From positions 3,289 through 35,288 of the forward strand of contig JBDRKR010000018.1 of the NCBI GenBank assembly GCA_043813805.1: a stretch of DNA of 32,000 bases. The letters run 5' to 3'. The position numbers and the translations under genes were made by a program. Below, piece after piece: positions 8,126 through 15,871 of this stretch (within the stretch, counting starts at the first letter, position 1; each line of letters begins with the position of its first letter). The DNA is from Candidatus Nealsonbacteria bacterium. GTDB taxonomy: Bacteria; Patescibacteriota; Minisyncoccia; Minisyncoccales; MHMH01. Below the pieces are notes generated by a model. The model was not told where the DNA came from, made no database searches, and saw nothing but the letters and a program-made list of their open reading frames with translations.

Positions 8126-9244
8126 TCAGTTTTTTTGGTACTTAAAGAGGGGAACGGCTTCAAACCAGCGGCTTTTCCAAGTGTAGTTGTTCTGCAGGAA
8201 GTCGATCTTTTTGAAACCCAATTTAATCGCATCGTCGATTTCGATAAGATTGAAGTAGTTGCCGATGCCCGGGAATTCGGCTACGTTGTAGCCGCATTTG
8301 ACGGCGAAATAAGTATTATTGAATAAAGCAATCAAATCCACGCCGGCGATTTTACCGTTGATTTTAATGGTGATCATGCGGTTTTTGTAAGAACTGCCGC
8401 CAAGATTGATGACTTGTCTGAAAGCTTCGATTCTCCTCGGATCTTGCCAGTCGGGCACCTGGTTTTTATCTGTCAGTCTTTTCTTGGATATTTCCACCAA
8501 ACTGTCAAAGTCGGCGGAATTATCGATGATAATCTCGGGATTTTGCCTTTCAATTCTGCGCCGGTCTTTTCTCATACTGTGGCGTTCGTTCTTTTTAAGA
8601 GTGGCCAAATAATCCTCGTGGTTGGAGAATTTTTCGAGATGCAAAACATATTTAGCCGAATCTGGCTCAAAAGCAACAGTTTTACCTAAAAGAAAAGCTG
8701 ATTTGGGCGAGATGGCGTTAAGTAACAGGGGAGAAGGAGCGGCTTCAAGCAAAATAGGGATGTATTGAGGGTCTTTGCTGAAAAAAACAACTTCTTCCTG
8801 CCAATCGCTGCCAAACCACTCGTATCTTTTTTCATCCGGATTGTACCATAAGGGCAGTAAAGCCAGATTTTCTTTGTCGTTTTTTAATAAGATGAAATGG
8901 GGCCTGTAATGATAGCCCAGATAGAAAGCGAACCGGAATTCCCAAGTATCAAACAGGGTTTTGGGGCTGGCTAATTCTTGCCACAATCGATGACAGTGCT
9001 CAATCTCCGAAATAATCTCTACATCCATATCTTCCGGCAAAGCCAGCCTGCCGAAGGACAGTGGGTCAACAAAAAAAGAACCTAAATGTTGCAGAGGTTC
9101 CCTTTGCCCAACCTCGGTTCTATTATCAGGAGGTTCAATCTCGTCCTTATTTATAATATTAGAGAAACCAGAGTTATTCGAAGATTCGAAGTTACTCATA
9201 GTAAGCTTAGTGCTCAATTTTGCACTATGCTGACAGGATAGCAT
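8126..9244 (-). CDS. GNAT-fold acyl/peptidyl transferase, CelD/BioF2/FemAB-like (Acetyltransf_6 type)
   Basis: Central KKNERHSMRKDRRRIERQ block, then the family-typical tail KINGKIAGVDLIALFNNTYFAVKCGYN...YTWKSRW. The true start may be ATG 9199 (MSNFESS). The 9244 ATG sits inside a TTGACA-N17-TATCCT promoter-like sequence. Confidence 0.65.
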   Translation of the reverse strand: MLSCQHSAKLSTKLTMSNFESSNNSGFSNIINKDEIEPPDNRTEVGQREPLQHLGSFFVDPLSFGRLALPEDMDVEIISEIEHCHRLWQELASPKTLFDTWEFRFAFYLGYHYRPHFILLKNDKENLALLPLWYNPDEKRYEWFGSDWQEEVVFFSKDPQYIPILLEAAPSPLLLNAISPKSAFLLGKTVAFEPDSAKYVLHLEKFSNHEDYLATLKKNERHSMRKDRRRIERQNPEIIIDNSADFDSLVEISKKRLTDKNQVPDWQDPRRIEAFRQVINLGGSSYKNRMITIKINGKIAGVDLIALFNNTYFAVKCGYNVAEFPGIGNYFNLIEIDDAIKLGFKKIDFLQNNYTWKSRWFEAVPLFKYQKN

Positions 9245-9285
9245 TTTTAAAAGGCCTTGTCAATACCCTAAATCAAATATCCGCA

Positions 9286-9312
9286 TTTAAAAAACCATCC
9301 GGAAAGGATGGT
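9286..9312 (-). terminator. Intrinsic terminator downstream of the recombinase gene
   Basis: Minus-strand hairpin ACCATCC-TTTCC-GGATGGT (9294-9312) followed by TTTTTT. Confidence 0.65.
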
Positions 9313-9344
9313 ACAAAAGCGCGCTTTTAGTTTTACAATTATAA

Positions 9345-9362
9345 CGGGCGGTAAACCGCCCG
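9345..9362 (-). terminator. GC-rich hairpin, first of two tandem terminator-like structures after the recombinase gene
   Basis: CGGGCGG-TTTA-CCGCCCG (7-bp GC stem) followed on the minus strand by TTATAATT. The U-tract is weak. Confidence 0.4.
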
Positions 9363-9430
9363 ATATATCGAGATCAGCTCGCTATGACGTAAAAAGAGGG
9401 CAAATATTACACTTAATTTGTAGGGGACTG

Positions 9431-10387
9431 TCAATTTTTAATATTTTTACCGCTATGGAATTGGCGGTGGACGTCTCTCAGACGCTTATTGGTTACGTGA
9501 GTATAAATTTGGGTTGTGGCAATGTTGCGATGGCCCAGAAACTCCTGGATGCTTCTTAAATCAACGCCTTGGTTTAAAAGATCTGTGGCGTAAGAATGAC
9601 GTAAAGTATGGGGGCTCGTAAAAATCGGCACGCCGCCCAGTACCGCGTACTTTTTGACGATTCTTTCAATGGACCGGGCGGTGAGGCGGGTGTCGGCATC
9701 GGATCTTGACCGGAAATTGGTGAACAAGGCCTTTTCTTTGTCTTTTCTGGTTTCCAGATACTTCTTTATCCAGCCGAGCGCCCTTTCGGAAAAATAAACG
9801 GTCCGGGGATGGCTGCCTTTGCCGATGATGCCAAGCTCCAGATCTTTCTTATCTTTAACGTTACCGAATTGTTCTTTATTCAAAGCAACTAATTCCGCGA
9901 TTCTTAAGCCCGTAGAGAAAAGAGCTTCTAAAATAGCCCTGTCCCTTAAGCCGTCTTTTTCTGCGGTTTTAGGGGCCATCAGGAGCTTCTCGACCTGGTC
10001 CAGATTAAGGAATTTGACCGTTTTTTCGGCCCTGGCGTCCTTTGGGAGGGCTATTTTGTCCGGAGGCACCGAAACCACGTCTTTAGCCACAAAATAGCCC
10101 AAAAAGGCCCTTAAAGCGATAAGATAGTAGTTCTGGGTAACCTTCTTCAAGGAATGGCCGTTTTGGCTCTGAAAACGGCTTAAATACAGCCTATAAGCCC
10201 AGATATGCTCTGAAGTCAGTTCTTGGGGCTTTAGATCGTCCTTATGGGTGGTTTTGAGCCACAAGACGAACTTGTCCAGATAACGTTTATAGTTTTCCTG
10301 GGTTTTATCGGCCAAACCTTTTTCCACCTCGCAATAATCTAAAAAGTCGGGAATATGTTTAATAATACTTTTATCTGATTCAATCAT
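9431..10387 (-). CDS. Tyrosine site-specific recombinase, XerC/XerD family
   Basis: N-terminal SAM-like core-binding domain. C-terminal catalytic HTLRHSYATDLL, LGHRNIATTQIYTHV (R-H-R-Y set). Confidence 0.9.
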   Translation of the reverse strand: MIESDKSIIKHIPDFLDYCEVEKGLADKTQENYKRYLDKFVLWLKTTHKDDLKPQELTSEHIWAYRLYLSRFQSQNGHSLKKVTQNYYLIALRAFLGYFVAKDVVSVPPDKIALPKDARAEKTVKFLNLDQVEKLLMAPKTAEKDGLRDRAILEALFSTGLRIAELVALNKEQFGNVKDKKDLELGIIGKGSHPRTVYFSERALGWIKKYLETRKDKEKALFTNFRSRSDADTRLTARSIERIVKKYAVLGGVPIFTSPHTLRHSYATDLLNQGVDLRSIQEFLGHRNIATTQIYTHVTNKRLRDVHRQFHSGKNIKN

Positions 10388-10436
10388 AATATATAAAAAA
10401 GTATTTCTATGAAATTTATCTTATATTAAGAAAGGC

Positions 10437-10479
10437 TTGAAAAGAGGGTTCCAGAGAAGGGGGTTCTTCTGGCCCCTCT
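10437..10479 (-). terminator. Stable hairpin with short U-tract (terminator for the ZIP gene and/or attenuator in the recombinase leader)
   Basis: Minus strand AGAGGGGCCAGAAGAACCCCCTTCTCTGGAACCCTCT, with outer stem AGAGGG/CCCTCT plus inner stem, followed by TTTC. Confidence 0.5.
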
Positions 10480-10498
10480 TAATTGTCGCTTTACCTAC

Positions 10499-10528
10499 AT
10501 TGTACGACATTGCCTATATACGTGTCAA
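10499..10528 (-). promoter_or_regulatory. Near-consensus sigma70-type promoter
   Basis: Minus strand TTGACA (10528-10523), 18-nt spacer, TACAAT (10504-10499). It lies 26 nt downstream of the ZIP gene stop and upstream of the hairpin and the recombinase gene. Confidence 0.55.
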
Positions 10529-10553
10529 GCCACTCCCCTGTGGTTATACGGCC

Positions 10554-11288
10554 CTAAACGAGTTTGGCCAAATACATGATGTAAAGACCTATTAAAAAAA
10601 CGCCGAAAGAATAAAAAGATTTTTTAGCGTCTTTTTCTTTCCGTATTTCCGGAATCAAATCAGAAGTGGAAATATATAAGAATCCGCCGGCCGCCAACGG
10701 CAAGAGGTATGCTATGACGTTTTCGGTGTGCAGGGCTATAAAATAGCCGATAATGCCCCCGGCCACCATGGTTAACGATACCATCAGGTTAAGCAACAGG
10801 GCTTTTGTCTTATTGAAACCGGCATAAAGCAGAATAGCGCAATTCCCTATTTCTTGAGGTATTTCGTGTAATCCAATGGCAATCACAGCCGCCATCCCCA
10901 ACCTGATATCAATCATAAATGTGGTGGCGATAATCAGGCCATCGATAAAATGATGGACGCCACTGCCGATCAGGCTCATGTAGCCGAAGGAATGGATTTC
11001 CTGTTCTTCATTGTGGCAGTGCTGCCAATGCAGTATTTTTTCAATGAAGTAAAAAAGGATGAACGAGGCCAGCATCATCAGAAAAAATCTTTCAGCCGGC
11101 TGCTTCTGTATCCCCTCGGGCATTAAATGCAAGAAAGCGCCGCCCATCAAGGTTCCGGCTGACAGCGATACTAAAAATAACAGAATATTTTGGGTTGATT
11201 TCTGGTTTAAAGCAAGAAAAAAAACGCCCAAGAGCGCCAGAAAGCTTAACAAAAACGTGGCGATTAAAATATAGCCAAGGATGATCAT
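10554..11288 (-). CDS. ZIP family divalent metal transporter
   Basis: Multi-TM protein with HHFIDGLIIA and GLHEIPQEIGNCAILL ZIP signature helices. Confidence 0.88.
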   Translation of the reverse strand: MIILGYILIATFLLSFLALLGVFFLALNQKSTQNILLFLVSLSAGTLMGGAFLHLMPEGIQKQPAERFFLMMLASFILFYFIEKILHWQHCHNEEQEIHSFGYMSLIGSGVHHFIDGLIIATTFMIDIRLGMAAVIAIGLHEIPQEIGNCAILLYAGFNKTKALLLNLMVSLTMVAGGIIGYFIALHTENVIAYLLPLAAGGFLYISTSDLIPEIRKEKDAKKSFYSFGVFLIGLYIMYLAKLV

Positions 11289-11650
11289 TAAAATAACCCT
11301 TTAAACCTTTCCCAAAGATCTTGCTGCATTTCCTGTTTTTCTTTCTGAAATTCTTCTTTTACATCCGGCGTTTTTTGGCCAGTCAGCCCCCACAGCTTTC
11401 CCCACAAACTCTCGACTTTTGATCCTAAAGTATTTGCCCAAAAACTTTTCGTCCAAATCCACATATTCCACCAAATAGGCAGGGCTTGGTTGTACCAGAT
11501 GTCTTTAATGGCGTTAGGCAGGCGTTCCAGTATGTTCAGGCCTAAGATTTTGCTATCTTCTACAGTTTGAGGAACTTCAGCTTTGGTCCATGCCGGGAAA
11601 AAGGTTATAAATACGCTAATTAATAAAATGACCGTAATAACTTTTTTCAT
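11288..11650 (-). CDS. Hypothetical secreted or membrane-associated Trp-rich small protein
   Basis: Signal-peptide-like MKKVITVILLISVFITFFPAWTKAEV. Trp-rich core PIWWNMWIWTKSFWANTL. Overlaps gltX (ATGA) and the ZIP start. Confidence 0.6.
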   Translation of the reverse strand: MKKVITVILLISVFITFFPAWTKAEVPQTVEDSKILGLNILERLPNAIKDIWYNQALPIWWNMWIWTKSFWANTLGSKVESLWGKLWGLTGQKTPDVKEEFQKEKQEMQQDLWERFKGLF

Positions 11651-13080
11651 TTTATTAGGGCTCTCGCCTCTTTAAGCCTTCTTAATGTTTTTTCTTTGCC
11701 CAAGATTTCCGCTATTTCAATCGGGCCGGCTGAAGCTTTTTTACCGGTCAAAGCCACTCTTAGGGGCCACAACACGATTCCCCTGTCCCCTGTTTTCTCG
11801 GCTTCCTGTATTAAAACTTTTTCCAAGTTTTCCTTGGCCCAGTTTTTTTCACTTATTTCAGACAATAATTTATCTAATTTGTCAATCGAGGTGGCCATTT
11901 TCTGGTCATCAGCGCCTTTCCATCTTAAAAGCTCTTTATCATAATTTAATTTATCCTGGAAAAAGAAATCAGCCAGCTCTTTTATCTCGGAAAGTTTTTT
12001 GAGGCGCTCTTGATGAAGCCCCACGATTTTTTTGAGAAAGTCTTTTTCCGCTTCGGGCAGATAAGGTTGGCAAAGCTCGGTTAATTCATCCAGCGGTTTT
12101 TGCCTGATGTAAAAACCGTTAAGATAATCCAGCCTTTTAATATTGAAAATAGCTCCGGCCTTCTGGATTTTATCCAATGAAAACTCTTGTCCGAGCGCCT
12201 TTAAAGAGTAGATTTCCTCGTCGGTTCCCGGATTCCAGCCCAAAAATGCCATGAAATTAATGAGCGTTTCCGGCAAATAGCCTTCTTCTCTGTAATTTAA
12301 GACCGAAACTGCCGCGTGCCTCTTAGACAGCTTGCTTTTGTCGGGGCCCAAAATTAAGGGCAGGTGGGCGTATTTGGGCTGCGGGAAACCTAGGGCCTCT
12401 TGGATTAGGATTTGCTTGGGCGTGTTGGGAATATGTTCTTCTCCCCTAATAACGTGAGAGATTTTCATTTCAAAATCATCCACCACTACGGCAAAATTAT
12501 ATAAAGGTGTTACTAGGTCTTTGGCAATCACAAAATCGCCCATTAATGAAACATCAAAAATTATCTTGCCACGAATTAAGTCTTGAAAACAAATTTTTTC
12601 TTCATGAGTTTTAAACCTAACGATGGCGGGTTTACCTTCGGCTAGCCGTTTTTTAACTTCAGCCTCGGGTAAGTCGCGGCATTTGCTGCTGTATTTTGGT
12701 GCTAATCCCCTACTTAATTGGTCTTGTCTCATAGCTTCTAATTCTTCTTCGTTGCAAAAACAATAATACGCTTTATTTTCTTTTAAAAGCTTGTCTAAAT
12801 ACTGAGTATAGGTCGGGGTTCTTTCGGTTTGTCGAAAAGGCCCTTCATCCCATAAAATTCCCAGCCACCTTAGTCCCTCAATTAGGTCTTTTTCAAAACG
12901 CGGTTCCGATCTTTCAAGGTCGGTATTTTCAACGCGTAAGATAAATTTACCACCATTATTTTTGGCGAAAAGATAATTAAAAAGCGCAGTACGGGCGCCT
13001 CCCACATGAAGATTGCCTGTGGGCGAAGGCGCGAATCTTGTTCGTATGTTCTTGGTTATTGTTTTAGTATTATTTAACAT
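11647..13080 (-). CDS. gltX: Glutamate--tRNA ligase
   Basis: RTRFAPSPTGNLHVGGARTALFNYL (HIGH region) and KLSKRH (KMSKS region). Length is 477 aa. Confidence 0.95.
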   Translation of the reverse strand: MLNNTKTITKNIRTRFAPSPTGNLHVGGARTALFNYLFAKNNGGKFILRVENTDLERSEPRFEKDLIEGLRWLGILWDEGPFRQTERTPTYTQYLDKLLKENKAYYCFCNEEELEAMRQDQLSRGLAPKYSSKCRDLPEAEVKKRLAEGKPAIVRFKTHEEKICFQDLIRGKIIFDVSLMGDFVIAKDLVTPLYNFAVVVDDFEMKISHVIRGEEHIPNTPKQILIQEALGFPQPKYAHLPLILGPDKSKLSKRHAAVSVLNYREEGYLPETLINFMAFLGWNPGTDEEIYSLKALGQEFSLDKIQKAGAIFNIKRLDYLNGFYIRQKPLDELTELCQPYLPEAEKDFLKKIVGLHQERLKKLSEIKELADFFFQDKLNYDKELLRWKGADDQKMATSIDKLDKLLSEISEKNWAKENLEKVLIQEAEKTGDRGIVLWPLRVALTGKKASAGPIEIAEILGKEKTLRRLKEARALIK

Positions 13081-13084
13081 ATTT

Positions 13085-14107
13085 TTAGTACTTATCTAAA
13101 GATTTTATTGTGCTGTTGATAACATGCTTCAGAATTTTTACGGGATGACTCGGGGCAAGAGAATGCGCAGTTTCTTCGCATAATTGAATACAATCCGCCC
13201 CATCAATTACAGCATTTGTTATGTCAGATATTTCAGCTGCCCTCGGTATAGCCCTAGTTAATAAGCTAGTAAGAACTCCGGTAGATAAGATCGAAAACTT
13301 ATTTTTTTTATTACATTCTTTTATAATTCTTTTTTGAGCTAAAGCCAATAAACCGTAATCAAAATAGTTTGCTAAATCACCCCTTCCTATCATAATTCCA
13401 TCACTAGCGTCAACGATTTCGACGTAATTTTTAAACCCAATCTCGGTTTCTATTTTAGAAATTATTTTTGTTTTTTTGTTGCCACTTTTTATTAATTTAT
13501 TTTTCAAGATATTAATCTCTTTTTCCCCTTTAACAAAAGATATCGCTATCCAATCAGTTGGATTATGTTTCGCGAACTCAACCACGTTGTCAGTGAGTGG
13601 ATTATTAATATCGGAATCAACAATATTATTTTTACCCGCGATTGCAAGACCTTTTCTAGCATATAAAGTAGATGGGTATTCAGAAATGACCTTAAGCTGT
13701 TTTGAATTATTAGACACTATTTTAAAGACAGCATCTCCATCGCCGCATATTAATTTATCACCAGTTTTACAATAATGTAAAAATTCATTAGAAGCAATGG
13801 GAAGCGTTTGTTCATCGGGAGCTTGATTGTTTTTTGTAATCTTGTATATTTTTCCAGGGACAATATTTATTGGATTAGTATAAAAATCACCAAATCTGGG
13901 TTTATTACCAGGTAAATCAAGTAAAATTTTAATGTTCTCAAAGTTATTTTTTATATAGAAAACGATATTCTTAATCGAGAGAGATATTGACGGTTCCCAA
14001 AAAGGAATTCGAACAATATTAATTCCCGACTGGAGTAACTGTTTAAGTCTAATTTTATCTTCAATAAATGGTTTTATTGTAACGCTAATGAATATTTTTT
14101 TCATCAA
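13085..14107 (-). CDS. Pyruvate kinase homologue, A/B barrel domains only (no C-terminal regulatory domain)
   Basis: LLDLPGNKPRFG (cf. LLDTKGPEIRTG), ISKIETEIGFKNYVEIVDASDGIMIGRGDL, PRAAEISDITNAVIDGADCIQLCEETA. It ends about 130 aa earlier than canonical PK. AT-rich codon usage. Confidence 0.75.
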   Translation of the reverse strand: MMKKIFISVTIKPFIEDKIRLKQLLQSGINIVRIPFWEPSISLSIKNIVFYIKNNFENIKILLDLPGNKPRFGDFYTNPINIVPGKIYKITKNNQAPDEQTLPIASNEFLHYCKTGDKLICGDGDAVFKIVSNNSKQLKVISEYPSTLYARKGLAIAGKNNIVDSDINNPLTDNVVEFAKHNPTDWIAISFVKGEKEINILKNKLIKSGNKKTKIISKIETEIGFKNYVEIVDASDGIMIGRGDLANYFDYGLLALAQKRIIKECNKKNKFSILSTGVLTSLLTRAIPRAAEISDITNAVIDGADCIQLCEETAHSLAPSHPVKILKHVINSTIKSLDKY

Positions 14108-15186
14108 GATGGTGTTATCGACAATCCAAAGTGGCTTTTTCTTTTAAGCGGTTGCATCTTTTTTATACGTTTATAGGAAATATGTTCCGATTCCTTAAAA
14201 ATTTTAATGGCTAATTTTAAGTCTTTCTTAAAACCACTTATTTTGCCGGAGCCAAATGCATTCCAGCGACACGTTGCGATTCTTAAGTCAGGTAATATTT
14301 GAATATCATACAAACCTTCATGACACGGCAAATAGTTACATTTACTACAGATCGTTTTTAAGTTATATCTTGACCCCTGGTGAATGGATTTAAGTGTTAC
14401 AAATATATTATCTATTTTATAAACCAAAACGGGAATTCCATAACTTTTTGCATAATCGTGAAAATATTTTTTATCAGAGATTTGCTCTAACTTTGTCTCT
14501 AGGCTTTTAAATGGGTAATGAAGGGTATCCCAATCATTGCGAGGTAACGGTACGGATGTCACTTCCTGTAGTTTTAAATCAATGTTTCTTTTTTTGCAAA
14601 ATAATATCATGTCTTCAACCTCTCCGCTATTATAATTAGTAACTACCATATTTATTCTCATTAAAAGACCATACTTTAAAAGCAGATTAATATTATCCAT
14701 CACTTTTTTGCGTTGTTTTTTGGTTGAGGAAAGTCTATCAAAAATATCCTCATTTAAGGAGTCTAGACTTACAGCAACATGTAAGTTGTCTAAGTTTTTA
14801 ATTTTAACTAATTTACGGATATGTTTGTCGATTAGCGCACCGTTCGTGTTAATTAATAAATATTTATTCTTATTTAAGATATATTTTATTGATTCGATTA
14901 TGTGTTTATATGCAAATGGTTCGCCTCCAGTTAAACGAAATTTTTCTATCCCGAGGTCTGTTGCTATATCAACTATTTTTTTAAGTTCGTTGAAATTAAA
15001 TTCTTTTTTTCGGCTTATAGTAACTTCTCCACCGTTTCCACAATAAATACACCTAAATGGACATGTCTGAGTTAACGCTAGGGTGGCGTAGGGAATACAC
15101 TTAAGTGTTGGATTAGTTACAATCCCCTTTTTCAAATTATTTCTTTCTACAAGATTTTCTTCTTTTATAATGGGGTGATGGGACAC
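14104..15186 (-). CDS. Radical SAM enzyme, MoaA (GTP 3',8-cyclase) family-like
   Basis: CX3CX2C at C42/C46/C49 (TCPFRCIYCG), FRLTGGEPF, LINTNG, VSLDSL, and a C-terminal Cys cluster CSKCNYLPCHEG...ATC. GTG start at 15186 with TATAAT only 3 nt upstream, so the start is uncertain. Overlaps the next gene by 4 nt. Confidence 0.8.
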   Translation of the reverse strand: MSHHPIIKEENLVERNNLKKGIVTNPTLKCIPYATLALTQTCPFRCIYCGNGGEVTISRKKEFNFNELKKIVDIATDLGIEKFRLTGGEPFAYKHIIESIKYILNKNKYLLINTNGALIDKHIRKLVKIKNLDNLHVAVSLDSLNEDIFDRLSSTKKQRKKVMDNINLLLKYGLLMRINMVVTNYNSGEVEDMILFCKKRNIDLKLQEVTSVPLPRNDWDTLHYPFKSLETKLEQISDKKYFHDYAKSYGIPVLVYKIDNIFVTLKSIHQGSRYNLKTICSKCNYLPCHEGLYDIQILPDLRIATCRWNAFGSGKISGFKKDLKLAIKIFKESEHISYKRIKKMQPLKRKSHFGLSITPS

Positions 15187-15260
15187 AATATTATATTACT
15201 CTATCTAGGTTTTACTTCAGCGCTTGACATAAATCTCTGTTTTCAGCTTAACATAGTTTT

Positions 15261-15299
15261 AAAAAATGAAAAATCCCTCGACCGGCCGTTAAGGGATTT
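15261..15299 (-). terminator. Intrinsic terminator after the methyltransferase gene
   Basis: Minus-strand stem AAATCCCT/AGGGATTT (8 bp) with a 13-nt loop, followed by TTCATTTTTT. Starts 6 nt after the stop codon. Confidence 0.65.
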
Positions 15300-15305
15300 G
15301 CTTCC

Positions 15306-15833
15306 TTACTTTTTATACAAATATACGCCGTCTTCATCCTTAATTTGCGGCCAGGTAGGAAAACAAAAAGTATTAGAAACAACTCTGGCATTATTTTTGA
15401 GTTCTCTTTCTAATTTTTTTTCCAATTTTTTCATAACATAATCAAAGCCATAAACAGCAATAATATCAAACTCGAAAAGATCTTCATTCCAAAAATTCTT
15501 CCAATGAATAAAAGCTTTTCTTTTCAGTCCGGCCTTATTAATGTTTCGTCTGGCTCGCCAGACCAATGCGGGATTTATTTCGTAACCGTGGGCTTCTGCG
15601 CCCTTTTTGGCTAAAGCAATAACCAATCTTCCGTCGCCGGCCCCTAAATCCACTGCTTTTTCTCCCGGTTTAATTTCGGCAAGTTTGATTATCTTTTTTA
15701 TTTTCTCCTCTTTGCTTGAAACATAAATTGCTCCCCAAAATAAGAAAGGGTTTGTAAATATTAAAAATAGAAAAACAAACAAAAACAATAATAAAACAAA
15801 AAGGCAGAAGAAAATTATAATTACTAAATTCAT
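15306..15833 (-). CDS. Membrane-anchored class I SAM-dependent methyltransferase
   Basis: N-terminal hydrophobic segment, then motif I VDLGAGDGRLVIALAKKG and motif II-like AHGYEINP. Confidence 0.8.
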   Translation of the reverse strand: MNLVIIIFFCLFVLLLFLFVFLFLIFTNPFLFWGAIYVSSKEEKIKKIIKLAEIKPGEKAVDLGAGDGRLVIALAKKGAEAHGYEINPALVWRARRNINKAGLKRKAFIHWKNFWNEDLFEFDIIAVYGFDYVMKKLEKKLERELKNNARVVSNTFCFPTWPQIKDEDGVYLYKK

Positions 15834-15842
15834 AGAAGAGGC

Positions 15843-15871
15843 TACGCGAAAGAGCTAAACCTCTTTCATCT
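15843..15871. repeat. Copy of the 29-nt palindromic hairpin element (murG stop codon lies inside it)
   Basis: Minus strand AGATGAAAGAGG-TTTAG-CTCTTTCGCGTA. The first 15 nt are identical to the copies at 19844 and 21394. Confidence 0.6.

Noticed and set aside
9245-9430. tRNA or other structured RNA gene in the two largest intergenic gaps (9245-9430 and 10388-10553)
   Set aside because: I found no cloverleaf arrangement or T-loop/D-loop consensus. The stems present are explained as terminator hairpins and promoter elements. The 83-aa + ORF at 9308-9559 runs through these hairpins and antisense into the recombinase gene.
9431-10387. Tyrosine recombinase as a marker of an integrated mobile element or prophage
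   Set aside because: It has the full XerC/XerD-type architecture. I saw no flanking direct repeats, tRNA target or phage/plasmid genes. The neighbouring genes are housekeeping or envelope functions. It is more likely the chromosomal dimer-resolution Xer, though this cannot be settled from the window alone.
14104-15186. Reading the MoaA-like gene as ordinary molybdenum cofactor biosynthesis
   Set aside because: No moaC, moaB, moaD/E, moeA or molybdoenzyme is in the window, the gene is coupled to a PK homologue instead, and its composition is atypical. The rest of the genome is unseen, so this stays open and is listed as a refutation test.
13088-15208. Possible direct repeats flanking the low-GC cassette (TACTTATCTA near 13091 versus TACTCTATCTA near 15195)
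   Set aside because: Only about 10 nt with an indel, in AT-rich sequence. One copy lies inside the coding end of the PK-like gene. This is too weak to call att sites.
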